The position numbers were made by a program, and so were the translations under genes. The notes below the pieces were generated by a model. The model saw only the letters and a list, made by a program, of their open reading frames with translations. It did not search any database and was not told where the DNA came from. DNA of 64,000 nt from a virus. Lineage: Duplodnaviria > Caudoviricetes. The DNA lies in the IMG/VR virus record IMGVR_UViG_3300050123_000025, positions 300 to 64,299 of that record; one strand, given 5' to 3'. Below, piece after piece: positions 17,981-26,931 of this stretch; the first letter of the stretch is position 1; each line of letters begins with the position of its first letter.

Positions 17981-18117
17981 AAGAGGTTCCCTTTATATTG
18001 ATTTCTTTATTCTCTTTGCTTACTTTCTCTTTTTCTTTGAGGATTTAAAAAACAAAAAATATTTAGCCGGTGAGAATTAACTTGCCGGCTTTAGTATTGA
18101 TTATTGGAGGTGAATAA

Positions 18118-18276
18118 ATGAAGTTCGAAGTGGATATAAAAAATAGATTAAACCACCTTAAAGAATTAATTAATGATTTAGACGATGATAGATTGTATAC
18201 CGGCAAACAATTTAAGGTATTGCAGTTATCACTTGTGGACGTGTTTGAGACTTATGTAAATATTGGAGGTGAATAA
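18118..18276 (+). CDS. Small hypothetical protein
   Basis: GGAGGTG RBS, MKFEVDIKNRL... Confidence 0.55.
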   Translation: MKFEVDIKNRLNHLKELINDLDDDRLYTGKQFKVLQLSLVDVFETYVNIGGE

Positions 18277-18278
18277 AC

Positions 18279-18461
18279 ATGGAATCACCTTTTAATAATA
18301 AACAGCATCTATGTAAGTGTGGGGGTAAAGATTTCTATTTAATATTGGAATTGTTATTTGATGCTCAAGGCTCTTTTAATCACAAGGATGGCTGAAAGTT
18401 TAAATGTATTAAGTGCGGAACCGTTTATGATAAGAATGGACGGGAAATAGAAGGGAGTTGA
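18279..18461 (+). pseudogene. Zn-ribbon gene interrupted by in-frame TGA (18393)
   Basis: ...LCKCGG...HKDG*KFKCIKCGTVY... Confidence 0.55.
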
Positions 18462-18465
18462 GAAC

Positions 18466-18951
18466 ATGGGCAGGCCAGCAAAATGGACTGAATTAGATAT
18501 GCCATCACGACTGGAGAGCGTAACAGGATGGGCAAAACAAGGTTCAACAGATGAAGAAATGTGCACGATGTTAGGGATTAGCACTACAATATTTTATGAA
18601 TGGAAAAATAAATATGCGGAGTTCGCGGAGGCAATAAAAAAAGGCAAGGAAGTTTCTAACGGTGAGCTAATTAATGCTGCTTTCAAGCTGTCAACGGGCT
18701 ATAGAGAGGTAGTTACAGAGCCGATTAAGGTCAAAAAGCAACGATTTGAGGACGGCAAAGTACTTACAGATGAAGAAGTTGAGATAGTGGAGTATGAGAA
18801 ATACTATGCTCCGCAGCCAGTCTCCAACATATTCATGGTCAAAAACCGATTTAAGGAAGATTATAAAGACAAACATGAAGTTGATAGCAATGTTAGTGGC
18901 AATATCGAGGTAACATTCTCTGATCCGCAACTAGACGAGTGGGCGAAGTAA
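18466..18951 (+). CDS. terS: Terminase small subunit
   Basis: MGRPAKW, HTH (GSTDEEMCTMLGIS...YEWK...EFAEAIKKG), FMVKNR. Confidence 0.8.
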   Translation: MGRPAKWTELDMPSRLESVTGWAKQGSTDEEMCTMLGISTTIFYEWKNKYAEFAEAIKKGKEVSNGELINAAFKLSTGYREVVTEPIKVKKQRFEDGKVLTDEEVEIVEYEKYYAPQPVSNIFMVKNRFKEDYKDKHEVDSNVSGNIEVTFSDPQLDEWAK

Positions 18952-19475
18952 TTGTATATCTATGCAGTATTCAGTATATAGACTGCATATTATGCAGTAT
19001 TGACAGTTATTAGGTGATATATGGCTTAAAAGTAATCCGCATTGAACTCATTTAGGATAAACAGTATTGATTGATAGGATTAGTATGATGTGTGCTGCTA
19101 CTGTGATGATAGTATGCTGTTACTAGTCAAGGTTAGCGGCAAAGCCAGTTAATTAGTAGGACAGCAAAGCAGGTTCTAAGAGCCAGCGGTTAGCAGAGGT
19201 AGAGCAGGAGACAGCGGTGCAGGCTGACGGGAATGACCCCCCGTATGCCACCCCTGGGCCTCGCACACCAGCACTATACAGAGTATGTTGTCTGCGCAGT
19301 AAAATATATTTCCCACAGCAACCCCCCCTATGCTTACCTGGAAATAAAAGGAACCCCTATGGGGTAGGCATATTTTAATTATAAAGCATCTTCATGGCGA
19401 GGGTGTTTTTTAATGTCATAAATTGAGGAATTGCCGGATAACTACCGGCCCCCTCTTATATTTAGGAGGGATTTC

Positions 19476-20261
19476 ATGTTAATAGATCATACATTATTTG
19501 GAGTGGTTGACAAGGTAGCCATTGCTATTGAGCGACTAAAGGCGTTTAAGCCACCAGAGGGTTATTACGGCGCATTTTCAGGTGGTAAGGATTCAGTAAC
19601 TATTAAAAGACTTGCCCAGATGGCTGGTGTAAAAGTGGATTGGCATTACTCACTTACTACTGTTGACCCGCCCGAATTAGTTCAGTTCATCAAACGAGAG
19701 CATGGGGACGTGATTATTGAACGACCAAAGAAAACCATGTGGCAGTTGATCCCGCACAACCTAATGCCTCCGACGAGATTGGCCCGCTACTGTTGCCGGA
19801 TACTAAAAGAAGGTGGAGGGGAAGGGCGAGTTGTTATAACTGGAATACGGCAACAAGAAAGTGTTAAGCGGTCAAAGAGACAAATGGTTGAACAGGACAG
19901 GAAAGACAAAACAAAAACATACTTAAACCCAATTATAGACTGGTCAGAATCAGATGTTTGGGAGTTTATAAGGGGTTATGGAATACTGTATTGCAGTTTA
20001 TACGACGAAGACTTTACCAGATTAGGTTGCATTGGCTGCCCAATGGCAGGAACTAAAGGTCAACTAAAAGATTTCACTAGGTGGCCGAAATATAGAGCCG
20101 GATACCTAAGGGCTTTTGAAAAAATGATACAGGAGCAAAAAAAGCGAGGTAAAGAACCAAATTGGCACACGGGCGAAGAAGTCATGGCCTGGTGGCTTCA
20201 AATGTCAGGGCGTGGTGGAATATCGCAATGCAATGACGACCAGACCGTAATGTTTGAGTAA
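19476..20261 (+). CDS. PAPS-reductase-family (PP-loop, Fe-S) protein
   Basis: AFSGGKDS, RYCC, GIRQQES, PIIDW, RLGCIGCP. Confidence 0.88.
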   Translation: MLIDHTLFGVVDKVAIAIERLKAFKPPEGYYGAFSGGKDSVTIKRLAQMAGVKVDWHYSLTTVDPPELVQFIKREHGDVIIERPKKTMWQLIPHNLMPPTRLARYCCRILKEGGGEGRVVITGIRQQESVKRSKRQMVEQDRKDKTKTYLNPIIDWSESDVWEFIRGYGILYCSLYDEDFTRLGCIGCPMAGTKGQLKDFTRWPKYRAGYLRAFEKMIQEQKKRGKEPNWHTGEEVMAWWLQMSGRGGISQCNDDQTVMFE

Positions 20262-20452
20262 ATTCCGAACCAAATATTATACCCTATTCCCCAGCCATTA
20301 GCAAATCCCCCATCAATCTCAACTGTACAACTAATTTCCTGCCCCGTCACAAAGAGATATAATAAAACCTATGCCATGTATCCAGAATTAAACTGAACGT
20401 CGTGGTGGGGCAAATAAGAGGTAATAAGGAGAAGAAGGAGAGGAAAACCGGA

Positions 20453-20686
20453 ATGATAGAAGTCGAGCAAATTCCATTAAATTATCTACTTAATTTCTAT
20501 GACATTGAACTCATGGAAGAATTTGAGATAACGAACATGGCGGATAGCCCTTACCATTTCAATAATTGTGGTTCGCTTTGCAATTGCAATAATGAGATTA
20601 GAGATGAAATACTAAGTACTTTACTTACTGAACCTAAATGGTTTAAAAGAAGTCGTAAGATGTGGGCTAGTATGAAAAAGGATTAA
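20453..20686 (+). CDS. Hypothetical protein
   Basis: GGAGAGG RBS before MIEVEQ. Confidence 0.55.
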   Translation: MIEVEQIPLNYLLNFYDIELMEEFEITNMADSPYHFNNCGSLCNCNNEIRDEILSTLLTEPKWFKRSRKMWASMKKD

Positions 20687-20699
20687 GGAGGGAAAACCC

Positions 20700-21059
20700 G
20701 TGAAGCAAAGGATAAGCGTGGAGAATTTAAGCGAGTTGACTGCCGAGCAGAAGGATAGGCTAAGGGACTGGTGGAAACCGGTAAAGGGAGATTGGTATTG
20801 TTATCTGCCCATTAAATTTGTAGATGTAATAAACACTAGTTTAATTATGCACTTAGAGCGCATAAAAAAAGATCATTATCCCCTTTTATCTATAGGCCAG
20901 TGTATTGAACTATTAAAAAACAACAATGCCTTTAAGCGGGATTACGATGAAGGTAGTTTTGCGCAATTGCCGGGTGCATTTATTACGTTATGTTGGGATG
21001 AAAGAGATTGTCCTGAGTTCATAGATGCTCTTTGGCAAGCCGTCAAAAAAGTGTTGTAA
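20700..21059 (+). CDS. Hypothetical phage protein
   Basis: AAGGAGG RBS; PLLSIGQCIELL...DALWQAVK. Confidence 0.7.
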   Translation: MKQRISVENLSELTAEQKDRLRDWWKPVKGDWYCYLPIKFVDVINTSLIMHLERIKKDHYPLLSIGQCIELLKNNNAFKRDYDEGSFAQLPGAFITLCWDERDCPEFIDALWQAVKKVL

Positions 21060-21070
21060 GGAGGAAAACC

Positions 21071-21310
21071 ATGACTGACAATATATACCCCTTCCCAAAG
21101 ATAAACTACACAGACCTAGATATCGCCATGGAGTGCTGGAATAAAGCTTATGAAGCCGGCGAGATTAAAGGCTTGATGATACTGGTTAAGAACCATGACA
21201 ATTCCTTTGTGATGGAGCAGGCTGGCGAGTTGAGTTACTTCGAGAGGTTGGGGTTGCTGGAGCATTTGAAGTTTGAAGTGCTGATGGACAGCGAGCCGGA
21301 TGATTATTAA
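21071..21310 (+). CDS. Hypothetical phage protein
   Basis: AAGGAGG RBS; NIYPFP...LGLLEHLK. Confidence 0.65.
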   Translation: MTDNIYPFPKINYTDLDIAMECWNKAYEAGEIKGLMILVKNHDNSFVMEQAGELSYFERLGLLEHLKFEVLMDSEPDDY

Positions 21311-21439
21311 CCCCCGGCGTGATTTTTACCGGCAATGGTTTTAGGACTAGGGCATAAATTTTAAACAGATAACAATACGCCTTTTGTAAGGGCGTTATTT
21401 TTATGGCAAGGGCAAAGCAAGGTAGAGTGAAGCTGGAAG

Positions 21440-21775
21440 ATGAAAGGTGGAATTTTAGTGAGCGAGCAAGGCGAAGTTAAAGGTGTTTTTGATACTGAAA
21501 GTTTAGCAAACCTCGTAGGGCAGACAATATATAACCAAGGGAAGGCCAAAATATTCAACATATTAGAAGCTGCAATGCCACAGAATAATCAATTGGCGGC
21601 AACTAAACGGGTTAGTCAAAATATTTTATCCTCTATCGCTAAGGATGTTGCCGACCAACTAAGAGAGGTTCTTGGTGATTGGCAACAGGAAGTAACTGCT
21701 GGTGGCGAAGTATCTCCTGAAGACGAGAAACAAGCTCGTAAAGAATACGAGGAAATTAAGCAAATAATTAGATAA
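21440..21775 (+). CDS. Hypothetical protein flanked by terminators
   Basis: Open ORF between repeated terminator units. Confidence 0.65.
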   Translation: MKGGILVSEQGEVKGVFDTESLANLVGQTIYNQGKAKIFNILEAAMPQNNQLAATKRVSQNILSSIAKDVADQLREVLGDWQQEVTAGGEVSPEDEKQARKEYEEIKQIIR

Positions 21776-21989
21776 CCGGCTAGTCCTTGTCGGTAATTTT
21801 AAACAGATAAACACACCGTTTCTTTGAGGCGGTTTTTTAATGAGGATTTTTAATGAGGAGTTGACGGATTGAAGCAGATTTACAAGCGTGAATATATAGA
21901 ATTTTTACGAGCTGGGGTGAAAGTCGCGAGAACTAAAAACCGCTTCTGGTTAATTGATTCGAGAAAAGGATATTGAGGGAGGAAGTTAG

Positions 21990-22379
21990 ATGAAACCTTT
22001 GAAAATATTTATATCAGCTCCGTTATCTAACGGTGGGCAGGCTGATAATGAAACTATGATGGCTAACATGGAAAAGGCAGTTCTGGCAGGAATTGAGTGT
22101 ATTAAGAAAGGGCAATATCCGTTCATTCCGCACCTTCACCTGTTCACTCACACATTAGCGGAGTCGCAGGGATTAGAGATACCCTGGCAGACGTGGATGG
22201 ATATTGATGATGCGTTCTTACATTGTTGTGATGCTATCTTATGTCTCGGTAGTAGCAAAGGAAGCAATATTGAGTTATCGGTAGCAAGGGACATGAAGAT
22301 ACCAATTTATTATTCAGTTGATGAAGTGCCGGATTTTAAATCATTCGTGGTGAGTTCGTTCGAGGATAGTCCATATTGA
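21990..22379 (+). CDS. DUF4406/nucleoside-deoxyribosyltransferase-like protein
   Basis: IFISAPLS, PFIPH, CDAILCLGSSKGSNIE. Confidence 0.7.
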   Translation: MKPLKIFISAPLSNGGQADNETMMANMEKAVLAGIECIKKGQYPFIPHLHLFTHTLAESQGLEIPWQTWMDIDDAFLHCCDAILCLGSSKGSNIELSVARDMKIPIYYSVDEVPDFKSFVVSSFEDSPY

Positions 22380-22401
22380 ACTAGTAAGTAATCCTTACTA
22401 G

Positions 22402-23712
22402 TTGGAGGGGGGAGAGCCAATTAACAGATTAACTAGAGAATGCCTTGACTTGTATCTTAGCGGAAAACAGAACAAAGAGATTGCCGAGATAATTAGTAAG
22501 AAATATGCCGAACATTTCATATCAGCGCAAATACACGATAGGATTAAAAACTGCGCTGAATACCAGATGTATAACAGAGCGAGAAGGGGTGAGATTGAGC
22601 CGCCACAAGGTAAAGTTAGTTTTGAATATAAGGCCAACGGTGACAGCATATCGGAACGCATTATCGAGATAAGTCAAGCAGAAGAAATAACCCCCGAATT
22701 AATGATGAAAAAACATGGGTTAGTACCGCATTTATGGGAAGTCATAGCATATCGCAACAATTATTGGCAGGTTCAAAAGAAGGGCGGTAAAAGACTTACC
22801 CTTTATCAATCAAGACTAACCGTAAAACCAAGAAAACAGGGTTTGTCATTAGATGCGATAGATGAGCATTTTAAGGAATTAGACAGAAGGTTTGAACCCA
22901 TAAAGCCAATGAATTTCCATCCTAATAAGATAGTGAAACGCAATCGTATGGCAGAAGTAAATATTGCCGACCTCCATTTCGGTAAGATGTGCTGGCATGG
23001 GGATACGGGCAATAATTTTGATTATAAAATAGCGATGCAGGTTTTTAAGGACTTAATTGAACGAATTTATATTGAATTACCAAGGGATTTGGATTACATA
23101 ACTTTTGTTTGGGCAAATGACTTTTTTAATTGCGATGGGATAAATAACGCAACCACGGCAGGAACCCCGCAAAGTGTAGATATTCGTTGGCAGAAGTTAT
23201 TTAACAAAGGTGTAGAAATGCTAGTGCAAGCCATTACCTTGTTTTCGGAAATTGCACCTATTGAAACATTCTATACCGCTAGTAACCACGATGAATTGAC
23301 AGGGTATCATGCTCTTAAATATCTGGAAGCGTGGTTTAGAAAAGATAGTGATATTGAGATTGACACTTCGCCAATGGCTAGGAAATATATGCTTTACGGC
23401 AATACGTTACTGGGATTCACTCATGGCGATAAAGAAAAGCCTAATAGGTTGTCATCATTAATGCCTATTGAAGCGAAGGAAATGTGGGGTAAGGCAAAAT
23501 TCAGGGAGATGCACACAGCGCATTTACATTCTGAACATATGATTGAGGAAATTAATGGCGTGATTGTCAGAAGGATTGCATCGCCAACAGCAACCGATAA
23601 TTGGCATTACACTTCGGGTTATGTTGGAGCAGTTCGAAAGGCCCAAACTTTTATTTACGATAAAGAGATGGGATTAACAAATATAATTAATACGCCTGTT
23701 TTGGATTATTAA
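22402..23712 (+). CDS. HTH + calcineurin-like metallophosphoesterase
   Basis: ADLHFG, NDFF, SNHD, THGD, AHLH. Confidence 0.82.
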   Translation: MEGGEPINRLTRECLDLYLSGKQNKEIAEIISKKYAEHFISAQIHDRIKNCAEYQMYNRARRGEIEPPQGKVSFEYKANGDSISERIIEISQAEEITPELMMKKHGLVPHLWEVIAYRNNYWQVQKKGGKRLTLYQSRLTVKPRKQGLSLDAIDEHFKELDRRFEPIKPMNFHPNKIVKRNRMAEVNIADLHFGKMCWHGDTGNNFDYKIAMQVFKDLIERIYIELPRDLDYITFVWANDFFNCDGINNATTAGTPQSVDIRWQKLFNKGVEMLVQAITLFSEIAPIETFYTASNHDELTGYHALKYLEAWFRKDSDIEIDTSPMARKYMLYGNTLLGFTHGDKEKPNRLSSLMPIEAKEMWGKAKFREMHTAHLHSEHMIEEINGVIVRRIASPTATDNWHYTSGYVGAVRKAQTFIYDKEMGLTNIINTPVLDY

Positions 23713-23995
23713 GGTTGCAATAATTCGCTTTTGGGAGCCTTATAGAAGGTTGGATAGCCGGGTGTGGAGTGGCGAAGTGAATTTTAAGGGGTGATTCAAT
23801 TGGAAAGATCGCGAGCGTATTTGCCATAGTGATTTTATCATATATGATCTACCTGGTGTTGACCGGGGAGAAGTAAGTTTGGTAACAGATACCCGAAAGG
23901 TATTCGATTATATGGAGGCTCCCTATCCTTGTCGAAAGGCTAAAGTTCATAGACGTTGCGCCTGCGGCTGTAAGGGAGAAAAGGCGTACAATTTA

Positions 23996-24136
23996 TGAGT
24001 GGTGGCGGAATAGGTAGACGCTAACCCCGACTTGCTCCGTGTTCGGGGATATGAGGAGAGTTAACGGTGTGCGTAGAACCTTCCGAGATGAAGCAAAACT
24101 ATACTCTATGTAAGGTGTAAATCCTTACCCACTCAC
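23996..24136 (+). ncRNA. tRNA-like RNA with expanded central domain
   Basis: TGAGTGG/CCACTCA acceptor, GCG-GAATAGGTAGA-CGC D-arm, GTAAGG-TGTAAAT-CCTTAC T-arm, about 88-nt core. Confidence 0.7.
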
Positions 24137-24237
24137 AAATTCTTACTCGACTGAAACATACTCAAATTAAATAAACATGCTCACGAACGCCTGAATTGGG
24201 GTGTTCTTTTACTTGACGGTCAGTTGACTAGTCAAAG

Positions 24238-26931
24238 GTGGTGATAAATATAGCAACCGCACAAGCTAGGGCTAAATCAAAATCTAAAAACAAAATAGAC
24301 ATACCCTGGAAACCACAGGATAGGCAATTAACCTTTCTAAGGGCTTGCGGGATGTCGCACCCTTTTGATGGTGGAGGACCAAAGCCGCCGGTTGCTGTAT
24401 TTATTGGCTATGGTGGAGCGGCGGGCGGCGGAAAATCGGACTCTCTTGTAGGCGTAGCGGTGATTGCAGGTTTGACATTTCCGGGCATTAACATTGGTCT
24501 TTTTAGGCGTACCTACTCGCAGTTAGAAGGACCGGGGGGTATCATCTTAAGAAGTCAAGAATTGATGGCTGGTTGGGCTTCTTATAACGGTGGTATGCGT
24601 AGATGGACAATGCCTAATGGGTCTTTGCTACAGTTCTGCCATTGCGAAAATGAAAACGATGTTTATAATTATCAATGTTTTACACCGGACACGGAGGTAT
24701 TGACACTTGACGGTTTTAAATTCGTATCTGCTGTAAAAGTAGGGGAAATGATAGCAACCATGAATCCTGAAACTAGGATAATGGAATATAAGCCAGCAAG
24801 TAAAGTGTATAAATATCATTTTGATGGAGAGTTGGTTGTGTCCGATAGTAAGCGCAGAGGAGTTTCTTTTGCAGTTACACCTAATCATACTATGTGGGCA
24901 GGAACCGTAAGAAAACCTAAGATAAGACCATTTAGGGCAGATGAATTGCCTAAAGAAGCTGTGTTCCCTACTTATGCAAAATGGGAAGGAAATAAACCGT
25001 TAGAAGTTATCACTTTTAACAAGATTGGCAATAACGGTAAATCTTACTCATTTAAAAGTCAAGATTGGGTAAGATTTTTGGGTTGGTATATTTCAGAAGG
25101 TTCTCGCAGGAATAGTTTAAAGGGTGGATATAGGATATATATTTCCCAAAAGAACGAGGAAGGTAGAAACGAAATTCGTGACCTTCTTGATAAAATGGCG
25201 ATTAATTATTATGAAGGCAATGAAGATTTTGTTTTAGCTTCAAAACCAATATGCGAATATTTGGGGAAATTTGGCATTAAAGCAGATTGTAAAGAACTAA
25301 CGCCTGAGTTAAAAACACTGGATATTGAACACTTGGAAATACTATTGGATTCCTTGGTAGCAGGGGATGGAACTTGGTATAAACGGGGCTATCAAGGCCA
25401 TTTTGTTTCGTCCTCAAAAAAACTTGCTGATGATGTTATGGAAATTGCTATAAAATGCGGATATCGGGCAAGTATTACCGAACAACAAGGTAATGATGAA
25501 AAAAGTCCGTATGGAACTAAGCCAAGATACCATGTTTCTCTTTATAACAAACAAGGGGATACCCGGACAAGGAATATTAAACGTGAGAAATATTGTGGGG
25601 ATGTTTATTGCTTAACCGTCCCCCCACACCACACTGTTCTCATTAGACACAAGGGTAAAACAATGTGGACAGGGCAGTCTCAACAATTCGATATTTTACT
25701 GTTTGACGAAATGACGCAGTTTAGCGGCACTCAAATAAGATATTTATTATCCCGAAATAGGGCCACAAAAAATGGAGTAGTTCCATTTACGGCAGGGGCA
25801 ACAAACCCTGGCGGAATAGGGCATTTATTTTTCAAGGAACAATTTGTAGACCCTGGTGAACCGGAACAAGTTCATGATGTTGAAGTTGAACCGGGTATAT
25901 TTGAGAAACATATCTTTGTTCCTGCGAGGTTAGAGGATAACCAAATACTAGAACGCCGTGACCCTGGATACAGAGCTAAGTTAGAAGCACAACCAGAAGA
26001 AGTAAGAAGGGCCTTGTTGTATGGCGATTTTGATGTATATAGCGGTAGGTTTTTTACGGAATACGATAAGCGCATTCACGTTATTCCTTCCTTCCAAATC
26101 CCCGTATGGTGGAAGAGGGCAAGGAGTCTTGACTATGGACTTGATATGACCGCCTGTATCTGGTGGGCAATATCTGATTCCGGTCAATGCTACGCATATA
26201 GGGAATTGCATCAACCAGGATTAAATTTGACAATGGCGGCAAAGAAGATAGTCGAAATGACCCCGGCAGACGAGCATATATCATACACTACCGCTTCCCC
26301 TGATTTATGGAATCGTCGGCAAGAGACGGGGGCCTCGGGCATGGAATTGATGTCAAAGGCCGGTCTTAAGGGGTTAGTGAAGGCTAGGCATGATAGGATA
26401 CAGGGTTGGAGGGTCATGAGGGAACATTTGCAACCCTACGAGATAATTAGCGAAGATGGCGGGGTTATTCTTGACGAATACGGTAATTCAAAGAAAATGG
26501 CACAGATGCAGATATTTGAGAACTGCAAAAACATGATTAAATATATCCCATTATTGCAACATGACGAACACAATGTGGAGGACGCATCCAATACACCACA
26601 CATCGTTTCGCATATTAATGAAAGTTGTTTAACTGGTGATACCATAGTAAATACCGTTGATGGTGATATTCCAATTAAAGAACTGGTTGGCAAAAGCGGT
26701 CAAGTTTATTGTTTCAACCTTCAAAATAATTCCCCTGTTATTGGGGAATTTTCTTTTGTCCATCTTGCCCGGTCAAATGCAGAGATATATGAGGTTGAAC
26801 TAGAAGATGGGCGGATATTTAAAGGTACACCTGATCACAAGGTATTAACTCAATGCGGGTGGAGGGAAATTCAGTATTTGTTACCGGGTGATGATATTGT
26901 CGAAATCGGTTTACCGCAAGGGGGGATTTAA
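24238..26931 (+). CDS. terL: Terminase large subunit, N-terminal part (cis intein + N-half of split intein)
   Basis: GGAAGGGKS, LLFDE, ATNPGGIGH, LDYG, SPD motifs. Confidence 0.93.
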   Translation: MVINIATAQARAKSKSKNKIDIPWKPQDRQLTFLRACGMSHPFDGGGPKPPVAVFIGYGGAAGGGKSDSLVGVAVIAGLTFPGINIGLFRRTYSQLEGPGGIILRSQELMAGWASYNGGMRRWTMPNGSLLQFCHCENENDVYNYQCFTPDTEVLTLDGFKFVSAVKVGEMIATMNPETRIMEYKPASKVYKYHFDGELVVSDSKRRGVSFAVTPNHTMWAGTVRKPKIRPFRADELPKEAVFPTYAKWEGNKPLEVITFNKIGNNGKSYSFKSQDWVRFLGWYISEGSRRNSLKGGYRIYISQKNEEGRNEIRDLLDKMAINYYEGNEDFVLASKPICEYLGKFGIKADCKELTPELKTLDIEHLEILLDSLVAGDGTWYKRGYQGHFVSSSKKLADDVMEIAIKCGYRASITEQQGNDEKSPYGTKPRYHVSLYNKQGDTRTRNIKREKYCGDVYCLTVPPHHTVLIRHKGKTMWTGQSQQFDILLFDEMTQFSGTQIRYLLSRNRATKNGVVPFTAGATNPGGIGHLFFKEQFVDPGEPEQVHDVEVEPGIFEKHIFVPARLEDNQILERRDPGYRAKLEAQPEEVRRALLYGDFDVYSGRFFTEYDKRIHVIPSFQIPVWWKRARSLDYGLDMTACIWWAISDSGQCYAYRELHQPGLNLTMAAKKIVEMTPADEHISYTTASPDLWNRRQETGASGMELMSKAGLKGLVKARHDRIQGWRVMREHLQPYEIISEDGGVILDEYGNSKKMAQMQIFENCKNMIKYIPLLQHDEHNVEDASNTPHIVSHINESCLTGDTIVNTVDGDIPIKELVGKSGQVYCFNLQNNSPVIGEFSFVHLARSNAEIYEVELEDGRIFKGTPDHKVLTQCGWREIQYLLPGDDIVEIGLPQGGI
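24676..25677 (+). mobile_element. Cis intein (334 aa) with LAGLIDADG endonuclease, C-terminal Gln
   Basis: YQ|CFTPDT, VTPNH, FLGWYISEG, LVAGDG, VYCLTVP...WTGQ|SQQFD. Confidence 0.9.
26626..26928 (+). mobile_element. Split intein N-fragment (101 aa)
   Basis: ES|CLTGDTIV, GTPDHKVLT, GW...LLPGDDI then stop. Confidence 0.9.

Noticed and set aside
18279-18461. Genome-wide stop-codon recoding
   Set aside because: Only one in-frame TGA was seen; all large genes are intact in code 11 and use all three stops.
23996-24136. tmRNA or intron-containing tRNA
   Set aside because: The 88-nt core is too short for a tmRNA or group I intron, and there is no tag ORF or reconstructable anticodon arm.
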